From an uncultured Hydrogenophaga sp. (GTDB lineage: Bacteria > Pseudomonadota > Gammaproteobacteria > Burkholderiales > Burkholderiaceae_C), in the NCBI GenBank assembly GCA_964442375.1, contig CAYUAH010000001.1, positions 1-59,694 on the forward strand: DNA of 59,694 bases, in the 5' to 3' direction. The notes under the pieces were generated by a model. The model saw only the letters and a program-made list of their open reading frames with translations. It had not been told where the DNA came from and made no database searches. The position numbers were made by a program, and so were the translations under genes. Position 1 is the first letter of the stretch. Each line of letters starts with the position of its first letter. This document shows, piece by piece, positions 15,859 through 25,941 of the stretch.

Positions 15859-17244
15859 TCAATGAAATACCCGGCCGCCGTTCAGTATTCCCACTGGGTC
15901 GAACACGGTCTTGAGTTGGCGCATGGTGTCGATCTCTGTGGCGCTGCGGCTGTGTGCCAGAAATGGCCGCTTTATCACGCCGATGCCGTGTTCGGCGGAC
16001 ACCGAACCACTCACCTGCCGCACCGCGTCATAGACCACCGTTTCGACTTCATGCAGCGCGGCCTGGGTTGTGTGCGGGCCGGACAACACGTGCAAATTGC
16101 CGTCACCGATGTGCCCGAAAAATAGGTGCTGCAGTTGCGGAAACCGGAGTTGGAGCGCCTCGCGCACCACGCCCACAAAGCCCGCCATCTCCGCCATGGG
16201 TATGCCGATATCGAAAGCAGCATGGGGCTGGATTTGCCCCAGCATTTCGCCAATGGCTTCGCGGTAGGCCCACAGGCGGTTTGCGTCTTCCAATGACTGC
16301 GCCACCACGACATCGCTCACAGTGCCGTGCTCTAGCGCCTCGCCCAGCACTGCCTCCAGCCGCGCGCGGTCCTCGCCCTCGTTCTGGCCTTGCAGTTCCA
16401 CCAGGGCGTAAACGGGCGCCGGTTCATCAAAGGGCAGGCGCAGCTGGCCCACGGTCAAGGCGGCATCCATGAAGTTGTCCCACATCACCTCGAATGCCGA
16501 CAGACCGGGCAAGGCTCGGCGCAGCTCGTGCACCAACCGGGTGGCCGCTTCGAACGATGGCAAAGCGCACAGCGCGGTGTTGGTGGCGCCTGGCAGGGGC
16601 GCGAGCTTGAGCACCAGCCGGGTGATGACTCCCAGCGTGCCTTCCGATCCGATGAAGAGGTGCTTGAGGTCGATGCCCGTGGTGTTCTTGGTGACGCGCC
16701 CCAACATGGTCAGCAGGCGGCCGTCGGGCAAGGCCACTTCGATGCCATGCACCAGTTCACGCATGGTGCCGTAGCGGATGACGCGATTACCGCCAGCATT
16801 GGTGGCAGCGTTGCCGCCCAACTGGCAGGAGCCGCGCGCGCCAAGGTCGAGTGGGAAACTCCAGCCCTGGGCCGCCACGCACCGCTGCAGTTCTTCGAGC
16901 ACCACGCCGGCCTGCACGGTGGCTGTGCCGCCGACCACGTCAATGGCCTCGATGTGGTTCAAACGCTTGAGTGAAAGCGCGATCTCGGCCGCTTGTGGTG
17001 TGGCACCACCGGCCAGGCCGGTGAGGCCGCCCTGCACCACCACCGGCGCCCGGTGCTTCGTGCACAAGGCCAGCACCTGCGCCACCTGGTCGGGGCTTCT
17101 GGGCAAAAGCAACAACGTGGGTGGCACGTGGGGTGCCTCGCTCCAGTCGCCCGCATGGGACATCAGAACGGTGTTTTCACACACCACACCGGCTTCACCC
17201 AGGCAATGGGTCAGGGCCGCGCGCAGTTCAGGGGTTAGGCTCAT
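15859..17244 (-). CDS. FAD-linked oxidoreductase (D-2-hydroxyacid dehydrogenase, GlcD/D2HGDH-like)
   Basis: 'QGGLTGLAGGA', 'GGNAATNAGG', 'GSEGTLG', 'GHIGDGNLH', 'SAEHGIG'. Confidence 0.92.
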   Translation of the reverse strand: MSLTPELRAALTHCLGEAGVVCENTVLMSHAGDWSEAPHVPPTLLLLPRSPDQVAQVLALCTKHRAPVVVQGGLTGLAGGATPQAAEIALSLKRLNHIEAIDVVGGTATVQAGVVLEELQRCVAAQGWSFPLDLGARGSCQLGGNAATNAGGNRVIRYGTMRELVHGIEVALPDGRLLTMLGRVTKNTTGIDLKHLFIGSEGTLGVITRLVLKLAPLPGATNTALCALPSFEAATRLVHELRRALPGLSAFEVMWDNFMDAALTVGQLRLPFDEPAPVYALVELQGQNEGEDRARLEAVLGEALEHGTVSDVVVAQSLEDANRLWAYREAIGEMLGQIQPHAAFDIGIPMAEMAGFVGVVREALQLRFPQLQHLFFGHIGDGNLHVLSGPHTTQAALHEVETVVYDAVRQVSGSVSAEHGIGVIKRPFLAHSRSATEIDTMRQLKTVFDPVGILNGGRVFH

Positions 17245-17267
17245 GTAGGGGTCTCCTCGGAGCCTGG

Positions 17268-17335
17268 ACTTTAGGAGGGTGAGCGGGCAATGAGAAATAC
17301 CGTTTGCTGCGCCTCGGCATCAGCTAAAACTTATG
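17268..17335 (-). promoter_or_regulatory. LysR-type promoter, copy A
   Basis: -10 TAAAGT, GAAATACCG box 26 bp away and CAT-N12-ATG dyad 24 bp further; same spacing at 20771-20838. Confidence 0.6.
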
Positions 17336-18254
17336 GGATGGGCCGCGCTCTCAGGTCGCCGTCCTCGATCAATTTTGTGATCAGTTCGAGCAAGGTGCTA
17401 CGCACCGCCTCGCCTGCCGGTGTGAGCGGGTGATCCACCATCCAGACCACGGACTGGACCCGGTCGATGCCCGGCTCGACAATTTCGCGCGCTACCACCC
17501 CCAGGCTTTCGGCATCAGCCAAGGCGTTGCGCGGCATGATGGCGAAGGCCAGGCCTTCGCTGACCATGTGACGGTACAACTCGGGGTTGTTGAGTTCAAA
17601 CTGCACATTGAGCGTGCTGCCCTGGGCCAGTGCGGCGCGCTCGATCAGTTTGCGCAGGTCGTGGTCGCGGTCCGGCGCCACCAACGGACGTTCACCGATG
17701 TCGGACAGGCGGACAGGACCGGTGTCACCAGCAAACAGGTCGGCTCGACCGAACAGGCAGAACTTCTCCTCGAACACCGGGATGGCCTCCAGCCGCGACA
17801 GCTCGGAGGCAATGGGCAACAAGGCCAGATCCACCCGGCGCGCCTCGACGAGCGCGCGTGCTTCGCGTGACATACCGGTAGAAAGTTGCAGCCGAACCTC
17901 GGGCGCGCGTTCGGCCAGCAGGCGAAACAAGGGCACGGTCAGCACCTGGGCCACGGAGCCCACCACACAAAGACTCACGCTGCCGCGCGCCTGGGTGGCA
18001 GCGCCGCGCACGTCGTCGCGCAAACGGTCAAGCTGGCGCAAGATGGAGGCCGCACGGTCCATCAGACGTTGGCCTTCGCTGGTCAGCTCCACGCCGCGAG
18101 CGTGCCGCACCAGCAAGGGCGCGCCCAGTTCGTCCTCCATGGCCGCGATGTGGTGGCTCAGTGCCGGTTGTGCGATATGCAGCTTGCCGGCCGCCGTGGT
18201 GATGTTGCCTGAGCGGGCGATCTCGACGAAGTACTTGAGTTGCCTGGGCGTCAT
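17331..18254 (-). CDS. LysR-family regulator (Nac/TcuR-like)
   Basis: N-terminal HTH 'QLKYFVEIARSGNITTAA..LHIAQPALS'. Confidence 0.93.
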   Translation of the reverse strand: MTPRQLKYFVEIARSGNITTAAGKLHIAQPALSHHIAAMEDELGAPLLVRHARGVELTSEGQRLMDRAASILRQLDRLRDDVRGAATQARGSVSLCVVGSVAQVLTVPLFRLLAERAPEVRLQLSTGMSREARALVEARRVDLALLPIASELSRLEAIPVFEEKFCLFGRADLFAGDTGPVRLSDIGERPLVAPDRDHDLRKLIERAALAQGSTLNVQFELNNPELYRHMVSEGLAFAIMPRNALADAESLGVVAREIVEPGIDRVQSVVWMVDHPLTPAGEAVRSTLLELITKLIEDGDLRARPIP

Positions 18255-18285
18255 GACCGCACTCTACTGCAGCCCAGGCTGCGTT

Positions 18286-19740
18286 TCAGGCAGGCTGCAG
18301 CGCCGCTTGTGGCACCGGCGTGGCCCCACCTGCCCCCATCTTCGCCGCCACACCCGCGCCACCCAGGCGTTCGATCATGGCGGCTTGATCGGCCTTGGCC
18401 AGTGCGTCCACCGCATCGGGGTCGCAGATGCCGCGCAACAGCGCTTCCATGTGGGCCAGTTGGGCGGCATGTGCTGGGTCGCCTGCGAGGTCGTGCTGCT
18501 CCTCGGGATCGTCTGTCAGGTTGAACAACTCGGGTCGGTGGCGCACGTAGTGGTGGTACTTCCAGGGACCCTGGCGCACCATGAAACCGGCGGTGTTGCT
18601 GCCGGCGGCGTGGTATTCGCTGAACACCACACGCTGGGTGTCCTCGGGCTCACCGGCGATGGCCAACAGCGAGCGGCCAGGGCGTTCGCCCATCTCGGGC
18701 AACGGGTCCACACCCGCTGCCTCCAGCAGGGTGGGGAACAGGTCCAGCAGGTCCACCGGCGTGTGGCAGACCGCAGGCGCCACACCCGGACACGCCAGCA
18801 GCATGGGCACACCAACGCTCTCTTGGTAGAGGGTGGACTTGCCCCACAGCCCCCGTGTGCCCAGGTTGTCGCCGTGGTCGGAGGTGTAGACCACCGTGGT
18901 CTCGCCGTCCAGGCCCGCGTTGGCGAGCGCGCCCAGGATCTGACCCACGTTGTGATCGAGGAAGCTGCACAGGCCGTAGTAGGCGGCGAAAGCGCGCAGA
19001 CGCTCCTCAGGTGTTTCGAACTGCTCTTCGTTATTCATGAAGTCGGCATAGTCCTGAACCCAGGGGTGGCGCTGATAGCCAGTGGCCGGGTGCAGCTTGG
19101 GCATGGGCAAGCCGTCCAGCGGATACAGGTCGAAAAACGCCTGCGGTGCAGTGAGCGGGAAGTGTGGCGCCACCAGACCGACGTACAGCACGAAGGGCTG
19201 ATCTCGGCGTTTGCCCGCGTCCTGGAGCCAGGCGACTGCTCGCGCCGTCACCTCGCGGTCGTAGGCGGTGTAGGACGACTCGCCGCCACCGATGTGTTCC
19301 CCCAGCATGCGCTTTGCGCTTGGGCTGGACACGTAGGGGTCACGAATGGAGGCCCACACCATGCCGTGCCCGCCCACAACGTGCATCGGGATGTGTTCGC
19401 GGTCGAAACCGGCGGGGTCCTCCTCGGCGCGGTAGTGCAGCTTGCCTATGCTTTCCACGCGCACGCCATGGCGCTGCAGCACGTGGCCCCAGCCGCGCGG
19501 GTTGCCCGAGTAGGGCATGGCGTTGTCCCAGTGGCGCGTCTGGTGGACCCGCAGGCCGGTGGCAAACGCGGCCCGCGCCGGCACACAAATCGGACTGGGC
19601 GTATAGGCGTTGGTGAAGCGAATGCTGCGCGCCGCCAGCGCGTCGAGATGCGGCGTCTTCACCACCGGGTGGCCGGCACAACCCATGATCCGGGGATCGT
19701 GTTCGTCCGACATGATCACGACAACGTTGCGACGGCTCAC
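18286..19740 (-). CDS. Cys-type (FGly) sulfatase, choline-sulfatase-like
   Basis: 'SDEH', CxPxR (CVPAR), 'GKLH', 'SDHG', 'GK'. Confidence 0.9.
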   Translation of the reverse strand: MSRRNVVVIMSDEHDPRIMGCAGHPVVKTPHLDALAARSIRFTNAYTPSPICVPARAAFATGLRVHQTRHWDNAMPYSGNPRGWGHVLQRHGVRVESIGKLHYRAEEDPAGFDREHIPMHVVGGHGMVWASIRDPYVSSPSAKRMLGEHIGGGESSYTAYDREVTARAVAWLQDAGKRRDQPFVLYVGLVAPHFPLTAPQAFFDLYPLDGLPMPKLHPATGYQRHPWVQDYADFMNNEEQFETPEERLRAFAAYYGLCSFLDHNVGQILGALANAGLDGETTVVYTSDHGDNLGTRGLWGKSTLYQESVGVPMLLACPGVAPAVCHTPVDLLDLFPTLLEAAGVDPLPEMGERPGRSLLAIAGEPEDTQRVVFSEYHAAGSNTAGFMVRQGPWKYHHYVRHRPELFNLTDDPEEQHDLAGDPAHAAQLAHMEALLRGICDPDAVDALAKADQAAMIERLGGAGVAAKMGAGGATPVPQAALQPA

Positions 19741-19765
19741 GGCTGCTCCTGTGTAAAAAACAACA

Positions 19766-20734
19766 TCACTCTTCGGGCGTGTAGCCCACCGCTTTGACGA
19801 TGCGGCCCCAGGCCGCGTGTTCAGTCTGAATGCGCTTGTCCAGCTCGGTCGCTGTTGTGCTGAGCGGGGTGAATTCAGCTTTTTCCAGCACCGTCAGCAC
19901 CTTGGGCGACGCCAGTGCCGCCGCAAGGGCCTGGTTGAGTTGGCTGACCACTGGCGCAGATGTGCCCGCGCGCACGAACAGTGCGAAGGTTTCGGACAGG
20001 CTCAAGTCCGCAAATCCCAATGAACGCAAGGTGGGCACCTCAGGCAAAGCAGGATGCGGATTCGCGTCGGACACCGCCAGGATACGCAGGCGCCCAGAAC
20101 GGTGCATGGGCAACAAGTTGGGGGTGGTGGTGATCACCGCCGGCAGGTTGCCGCCAATCGCATCTGTGACGGCCGCCGCACCGCCCTTGTAGGGCACGTG
20201 GGTCAACGGTACCTGGGCCTCGCGGGCCAGCATGGTGCCCAGGAAATGCATGGCCGTGCCCGCGCCTGGCGTGCCGAACGAGGCCATGGTCGGCTGCTTT
20301 TTGGCCAGCTCCAAGAAGGCTTGCAAGGTGCGGGCCGGGCTTTGTGCACCCACGGCCAACGCGAATCCCATGGTGGTGGCAGTACCCACACCCGCGACAT
20401 CTTTGAGCGGGTCGAACTTCACAGATTTGTAGAGGTGGGGGTACAGCGTCAGGTTGCCTTGGGGTGCAAACATCAGCGTCTGACCGTCAGTGGGTGCGGC
20501 CAGCAGGGCGTCGGTTGCCAGTCTGCCCGCAGCACCTGGCCGGTTTTCCACCAACACGGTGTAGCCCGCATCGCGAAGGCCCTCGCCCACGGCACGCGCC
20601 ACCAGATCGGCAGCGCCTCCCGGTGCGTAACCCACCAAGATGCGCAAGGCCTTGCCTTGTGCGCGGGCCGGCAGAAACGCCGACAGCCCGAAGGCGCCCA
20701 ATGCGCCCATACAGGCGCGGCGGTCGATGATCAT
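19766..20734 (-). CDS. Bug/TctC substrate-binding protein
   Basis: 'GYAPGGAAD', 'ENRPGAAG', 'HVPYKGG'. Confidence 0.92.
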   Translation of the reverse strand: MIIDRRACMGALGAFGLSAFLPARAQGKALRILVGYAPGGAADLVARAVGEGLRDAGYTVLVENRPGAAGRLATDALLAAPTDGQTLMFAPQGNLTLYPHLYKSVKFDPLKDVAGVGTATTMGFALAVGAQSPARTLQAFLELAKKQPTMASFGTPGAGTAMHFLGTMLAREAQVPLTHVPYKGGAAAVTDAIGGNLPAVITTTPNLLPMHRSGRLRILAVSDANPHPALPEVPTLRSLGFADLSLSETFALFVRAGTSAPVVSQLNQALAAALASPKVLTVLEKAEFTPLSTTATELDKRIQTEHAAWGRIVKAVGYTPEE

Positions 20735-20770
20735 GTGTTTGTCTCCGGTCGTTGTGAAAAATGCCACTGG

Positions 20771-20838
20771 AGTATCGGAGTCGGTCACACAGATGTGAAA
20801 TACCGATTTCAATGCCTTGCCATAAATAAAATCTCATG
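20771..20838 (-). promoter_or_regulatory. LysR-type promoter, copy B
   Basis: -10 GATACT, GAAATACCG, CAT-N12-ATG with the same spacing as copy A. Confidence 0.6.
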
Positions 20839-21057
20839 CAGCCGGCCGGCCTCGATCAGAGGCGTTCACATCGTCTCGGATGAGAAAGTCGAGGGGTTGC
20901 TTTGCTTGCGCCGTCGAAAGACTCATCGACCGGCTCACATGGTCGCCATCTGCATGCTGGACGCGCCCCGGACAGACTGGCGTTGTGCCGCCTATCTGGG
21001 CGTCAACTGCGGCGGCGCCATGCCCGAGAGGCGTGTCCCGTGAAGTCCTGACAGGCG

Positions 21058-22371
21058 CTAGCGTTGCGGCATGTCTTTGATGCCGTACCCAAGCTTTACC
21101 TCCGCATCCGCAGGGATCGCGGGCATGTCGCCATTCCATGCCAACCACGCCTGCTTCATCGCGTCCAGGCGGGCAGGCTCGACTTTCGCCCGATTGGCCC
21201 TTTCCCGAGCGTCTTCAGCGATGTTGAACAGATAGTCGTTTCCATCAACCTGAAGGTACTTCCAGTCCCCCTGGCGGAAGGCACGTTGCTCACGGTGCTT
21301 CATCCGCCAGAAAAGCGGGCGCTCAAAGTGCGATGCCGGGTCTCGCAACGCACTGGAAAGCGGCATGCCATCCAAGGGAAAGTCGGGGTGCGGAGCGACA
21401 CCTGCCACGTCCAGAACCGTCGCGGACCAGTCCATCGTCATACAGTGCTGGCTGCTGACATTGCCAGGAGGAATGACGGCTGGCCAATGAGCGATCCACG
21501 GCACACGGATGCCACCCTCTGTCAAATCCATCTTGCCGCCGACAAGAGGCCAATTGTCGGAAAAGCGCTCACCCCCGTTGTCGCTGGTGAAGATCACCAA
21601 TGTGTTTTCCTCAACCCCATTGCGTCGCAGCGCGTCCATGACCCAGCCAATGCCTTCGTCCATGTGGTGAATCATGCGATGGTAGGTGTGGATGCTGCCA
21701 CCGTGAAGATGAAAAAGATTGCCCTTGATTCCGTCGGCAATCTGAGCATCGTCGCGCGTCTCCCAAGGCCAGTGGGGTGCGGTGTAGTGCAGGCTCAAGA
21801 AGAACGGCTTGCCTGCAGGCGCGACGCGGTCGATGTACTCCACCGCACGGCGGGAGAGCAGGTCCGTCAGGTAGCCGTCGTCCTGCGCCTCCTCCTCGTT
21901 GAAGAAAAGGTCTTTGGAACCATTGGAGCCGCAGTGGGTGAAATAGTCCACGCCGCCTGACATGGGGCCAAAAAATTCTTCATAGCCCGATTTGATGGGG
22001 CTGAAATGCGGGGGGTATCCCAAATGCCATTTGCCGATCAAGGCCGTGCTGTACCCTGCATCGCGCAACAGCGAAGGGATGGTAGGGTGCGCCGGCGGCA
22101 TGCCCAAGGTCGTGCTGCCACGGGAACTCGCGCTGATCGGCTCCTCAGCCGCGCCACGCAAGCGGTACTGGTAGCGCCCGGTGATCAACGCGAACCGTGT
22201 GGGTGAGCACACGGGAGAGTTGGAATAGCCGTCTGTGAAACGAATGCCATTGGCGGCCAGAGAGTCCAGCACAGGGGAGACGGGGCCGAACTGGGCGTCG
22301 CGTCCTCCGTAGCAGCCGAGGTCGGCAAAACCGAGGTCGTCGGCCACGATAAAAATGATGTTGGGTTGCAT
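21058..22371 (-). CDS. Cys-type (FGly) arylsulfatase-family enzyme
   Basis: 'ADDLG', CSPTR, 'LITGRY', 'GKWHLG', 'SDNG', 'EGGIRVP'. Confidence 0.92.
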   Translation of the reverse strand: MQPNIIFIVADDLGFADLGCYGGRDAQFGPVSPVLDSLAANGIRFTDGYSNSPVCSPTRFALITGRYQYRLRGAAEEPISASSRGSTTLGMPPAHPTIPSLLRDAGYSTALIGKWHLGYPPHFSPIKSGYEEFFGPMSGGVDYFTHCGSNGSKDLFFNEEEAQDDGYLTDLLSRRAVEYIDRVAPAGKPFFLSLHYTAPHWPWETRDDAQIADGIKGNLFHLHGGSIHTYHRMIHHMDEGIGWVMDALRRNGVEENTLVIFTSDNGGERFSDNWPLVGGKMDLTEGGIRVPWIAHWPAVIPPGNVSSQHCMTMDWSATVLDVAGVAPHPDFPLDGMPLSSALRDPASHFERPLFWRMKHREQRAFRQGDWKYLQVDGNDYLFNIAEDARERANRAKVEPARLDAMKQAWLAWNGDMPAIPADAEVKLGYGIKDMPQR

Positions 22372-22442
22372 GGACAGTTTGGAGATGCGGCAAGAGCCCT
22401 CGGCGAAGGCTCTTTGCCTGATACGCACTTGGCGATGGGATA

Positions 22443-23444
22443 TCAGTCAGTCGCGCGGAAACCTGTGGCTTTGACCAAGGTGGCCCAACGCTGTGTTTCA
22501 GCGGCAATGGTGGCTTCGAAAGCGGGGATGTTCTCGGTTGCCATATCGAAATTCAACGCTTCCAGTCGAGAGCGATAGCTCGGGTTGCTATGCACCTTGT
22601 CGGCTGCTGCACGAATTGCCTTCACGACGGCGGGTGGCGTCGCTGCGGATACAAATACTCCAAACCAGATCGTAGTGTTCAGGTCCTTGTAGCCCAGTTC
22701 TGCAAGTGTGGGCACGTCGGGCAGATAGCGTGAACGCTGAGGACTCGTCACAGCTAAGGCTTTCAACTTGCCCGCCTTGACGTGGGGAATGGCGGTGGCG
22801 AGTTGCGTAAACCCCAGCGGCACCTGCCCGCCCAGGATATCGCTCACCTGTGGAGGCGAGCCTTTGTAAGGAACATGGACCATGGAAGCATCCAGCCGCT
22901 CGTTGAGCTGGAAACCGAGAAAGTGGGACGGCGTTCCAGGGCTGAAAGAGGCGTATGCGGCCTTGTTGGCTGGATCCTTGATCCACTTCGCGAGCCCGGC
23001 GAAGTCATTGGCAGCGACGGAGGGATGGGTCACCAGCACCAGCGGCGCTTCCACAGACTTGATGATGGGCGTGAAGTCGCTGGGTTTCCAGCGCAACGTT
23101 GCAAACGCGGCAGGGTTGATCGTCATCATGGACTGCGTTCCGATCCACAACGTGTGGCCATCTGCGGGCGCCTTCAACACCATCTCAGCGCTCAGGTTGC
23201 CATTCGCCCCGGGCTTGTTATCCACGATGAATGAGCCACCGGTGTCTTTGTGCAACTGGTCGGCCAGCGCACGCGCAAACGGATCGAGAGCGCCCCCTGC
23301 GGGCACACCTGCAACGATGGTCACAGGCTTGCTGGGCCACCCTTGGGCGAAGGAGTTCGGGGCGAAAAAAGCGCTGGTTGCAATCGCCGCCAAGCCAAAC
23401 GCCCAGTGCGAGAAGGAGTGGCGCGCAAATCGATGAGTTTTCAT
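22443..23444 (-). CDS. Bug/TctC substrate-binding protein
   Basis: 'WPSKPV', 'DNKPGANG', 'HVPYKGS'. Confidence 0.92.
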   Translation of the reverse strand: MKTHRFARHSFSHWAFGLAAIATSAFFAPNSFAQGWPSKPVTIVAGVPAGGALDPFARALADQLHKDTGGSFIVDNKPGANGNLSAEMVLKAPADGHTLWIGTQSMMTINPAAFATLRWKPSDFTPIIKSVEAPLVLVTHPSVAANDFAGLAKWIKDPANKAAYASFSPGTPSHFLGFQLNERLDASMVHVPYKGSPPQVSDILGGQVPLGFTQLATAIPHVKAGKLKALAVTSPQRSRYLPDVPTLAELGYKDLNTTIWFGVFVSAATPPAVVKAIRAAADKVHSNPSYRSRLEALNFDMATENIPAFEATIAAETQRWATLVKATGFRATD

Positions 23445-23515
23445 GATGTCTCCGGTTTGTTGAATGGCCTGCCAGCCTTGGCGCAGGTCATGGACGAACT
23501 CTAGGGTCGCCACCG

Positions 23516-23536
23516 ATAGTTCATGAAATCAAGTAT
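23516..23536. promoter_or_regulatory. Putative MarR operator
   Basis: Imperfect dyad ATAGTTCAT-GAA-ATCAAGTAT between marR and the Bug gene. Confidence 0.45.
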
Positions 23537-23577
23537 TTCTAGGGATTACGCTAAGAGGCACTCAGAACCGCAAATCG

Positions 23578-24084
23578 CTAAAAGCCGCGTCGCGGGGCGG
23601 GACGCTCCCCGCTCTGTTTGCTGCGGTCTATCTTGGGAAAGCCTCCGGTCGCCAGCAAGTCGGCGGCTTTGTCCTCCAAGGCCAGGAAGATCCGCTCCAG
23701 GTGCTGGCGGTCCGTCTCTGGGAGTGCTGACAGCAGTGCGTTGTTGATGTCTTTGAGGACGGGGTAGAGCTCCGCGAAAATCTCCTTTGCGCGATCCGAC
23801 AGATGAATCTCCACACAACGTCGGTCGTTCGGCCGAGGTACACGCACGGCCAGACCTTTGTCAACCAATTGGCTGACAGCCTTGGAAGTGCGCGCGGGTT
23901 CCACCAGGGCGCGGCTCGCCAGATCAGAGGAGAGCAACGGGCCGTTCTGAGACAGCACAACGATCAATCTCCACTCCCGTCGCGTGATCCCGAACTTTCC
24001 CTCGCACAGCCGAACCAGCGGTTGGCCTGCCATGGCGGCGAGCCTGTTCAAGCGGAACAAAAAAAACTCTTTTGAGCCATCCAC
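23578..24084 (-). CDS. MarR-family regulator
   Basis: 'FGITRREWRL', 'SKAVSQLVDKGL', 'DRRCVEIHLS'; start uncertain. Confidence 0.88.
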   Translation of the reverse strand: MDGSKEFFLFRLNRLAAMAGQPLVRLCEGKFGITRREWRLIVVLSQNGPLLSSDLASRALVEPARTSKAVSQLVDKGLAVRVPRPNDRRCVEIHLSDRAKEIFAELYPVLKDINNALLSALPETDRQHLERIFLALEDKAADLLATGGFPKIDRSKQSGERPAPRRGF

Positions 24085-24300
24085 AGGGAACTCCGCTGAG
24101 CTTGTTCGTGATCTTTGAGGATACTCCAGAGATAGGGCAACCGCCGTGCGATGGACAAGGACAGCCCGCGCTCATGTCGTGGCAGGCTGCCCACGATCGG
24201 CTGGCATCGAACGTGTTCTGAACACCATTTTTAGATCGTTCTTTTTTGACGTCGGCACAATGCGGGCATTCGCTGCCACTCCTCAGGACCACGTCTATCC

Positions 24301-25281
24301 ATGCAAATCCCAAAAGCCACCGAATTCAAGCTGGATATCGCTGCCGATTTGCACAAGTGGCGCGCCTTTGTGGCCATCGGTGAGCTGGGCAGCCTGACGC
24401 GAGCGGCGTTGTTCCTAGACAGCAACCAGTCCTTGTTGAGCCGCCAGATCAACGCACTGGAGCGCGAGTGTGGGTTTCGCCTGTTCAACCGCACCGGGCG
24501 CGGCGTCGAGTTCTCCGATGCCGGGCAGGTGCTGTTTCCCCAGGTCAAGGCTTTGCTGGAGGCGGCCGAACAGCTGGAGACCGACATCCGCGGAGGCGTG
24601 CGTGAACCGACCGGCCGGGTGACGGTGGGCTCCCTGCCGTCGATCGCGCACCCGCTGGTGGGTCGGCTGTTCAACGAGATCCGCGAGCGACATCCCCTGG
24701 TCAGGCTCAAGGTTTTGGAAGGTTCCAGCGGCCAGGTCGAGGAATGGTTGTCCGATGCGCGTGTGGACATCGCCATCCTCTACCGTTACGGCAGCACTGT
24801 GTCCGAGCACGAACAGGTGTTGGCCACGGTGGACAGCTACCTGATCGGCCCAAAGGGCGACAGGGTCACGGCCTCAGCCGAGGTGCCATTCAACGCCCTC
24901 GACCAGTTGCCCTTCATCCTGCCCAGTGCGCCCAATGGCCTGCGCACGGCGCTCGACACCGTGGCGCGAAAGGAACATCTCACGCTCACGCCAGTGATCG
25001 AGGCCGATTCGCTGCCTTTGCAGAAGTCCTTGGTGGAGCGCGAGCGGCTCTATACCGTGTTGCCGCTGCATGCCGTCTGGACCGAGGTGGCCGATGGCCG
25101 TGTGCAGGCGGCGCGCATCGTCAATCCCCCCTTCCAACGCACGGTGGTCATGGCCATGGCCAAGTTCAAGGGGCCGGCCCGGGCGGTGTCGGCGGTGGCC
25201 TCGCGCATCGTGGACATCGTCGACGACATGGCGGCCAAAGGCATGTGGCGTGCTGAGCCACAAACACCACCCGCGCCCTGA
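24301..25281 (+). CDS. LysR-family regulator
   Basis: 'ELGSLTRAA..QSLLSRQINALE..LFNRTGRGV'. Confidence 0.92.
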   Translation: MQIPKATEFKLDIAADLHKWRAFVAIGELGSLTRAALFLDSNQSLLSRQINALERECGFRLFNRTGRGVEFSDAGQVLFPQVKALLEAAEQLETDIRGGVREPTGRVTVGSLPSIAHPLVGRLFNEIRERHPLVRLKVLEGSSGQVEEWLSDARVDIAILYRYGSTVSEHEQVLATVDSYLIGPKGDRVTASAEVPFNALDQLPFILPSAPNGLRTALDTVARKEHLTLTPVIEADSLPLQKSLVERERLYTVLPLHAVWTEVADGRVQAARIVNPPFQRTVVMAMAKFKGPARAVSAVASRIVDIVDDMAAKGMWRAEPQTPPAP

Positions 25282-25289
25282 TGCCAGCC

Positions 25290-25304
25290 GCATAACTGAG
25301 ATGC
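25290..25304 (+). promoter_or_regulatory. GCAT-N2-CWG-N2-HTGC operator, site 1
   Basis: GCATAACTGAGATGC, 34 bp before TAAGCT (25339). Confidence 0.7.
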
Positions 25305-25371
25305 GCGCCATGTGCTGGCGGCGTGCGCTTGGCCGGGCTAAGCTCGCTCGCTTCAGAGGAGACCGCCCCCC

Positions 25372-25941
25372 ATGTCACGCATTCCATTCCCCACCCCCGA
25401 GACCATGGACGAGCATCAGCGCCGTGTCCATGACAAGGTGGTTTCCGGCCGACGCGGCAAGATCGTCGGCCCCTTGCGCGCCGCGCTGCACAGCCCTGAG
25501 CTGGCGGACCGCTGGCAGGCGCTGGGCGAATTCCTGCGCTACAACACCACGCTGACGCCGCGCCTGTCGGAGCTGGCGATTCTGGTCACGGGCCGCGCCT
25601 GCGAGTCGCCCTTCGAGTGGTACGCGCACCGAGCCGAGGCGGAGAAGGTTGGCATCGAGGCCCCCATCATCGACGCCTTGCTGGCGCAAAAGATGCCTGA
25701 GGGCATCGGCCAGGACGAGGCCTGCGTCATCCAGTTCGCCACCGAACTGAACCGCTTCAACTCCGTCTCCGACGCCACCTACGCCCAGGCCCTTTCGCGT
25801 TTTGGTGCCCGCACCGTGGTCGAACTCACCGCGCTGGTGGGCTACTACACCATGGTGGCCATGACACTCAACGCCCACGAAATCCCCCTGCCTGAAGGCA
25901 CGGCCCCCGCTTTCCCTTTGCCGCAGCGGGGGATGGCATGA
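25372..25941 (+). CDS. Carboxymuconolactone decarboxylase/AhpD-family protein
   Basis: 'GPLRAALHSPELA', 'LSELAILVTGR..FEWYAH'. Confidence 0.85.
   Translation: MSRIPFPTPETMDEHQRRVHDKVVSGRRGKIVGPLRAALHSPELADRWQALGEFLRYNTTLTPRLSELAILVTGRACESPFEWYAHRAEAEKVGIEAPIIDALLAQKMPEGIGQDEACVIQFATELNRFNSVSDATYAQALSRFGARTVVELTALVGYYTMVAMTLNAHEIPLPEGTAPAFPLPQRGMA

Noticed and set aside
20850-21050. Possible decayed Bug gene fragment on the minus strand
   Set aside because: Resemblance is too weak to call without BLASTx
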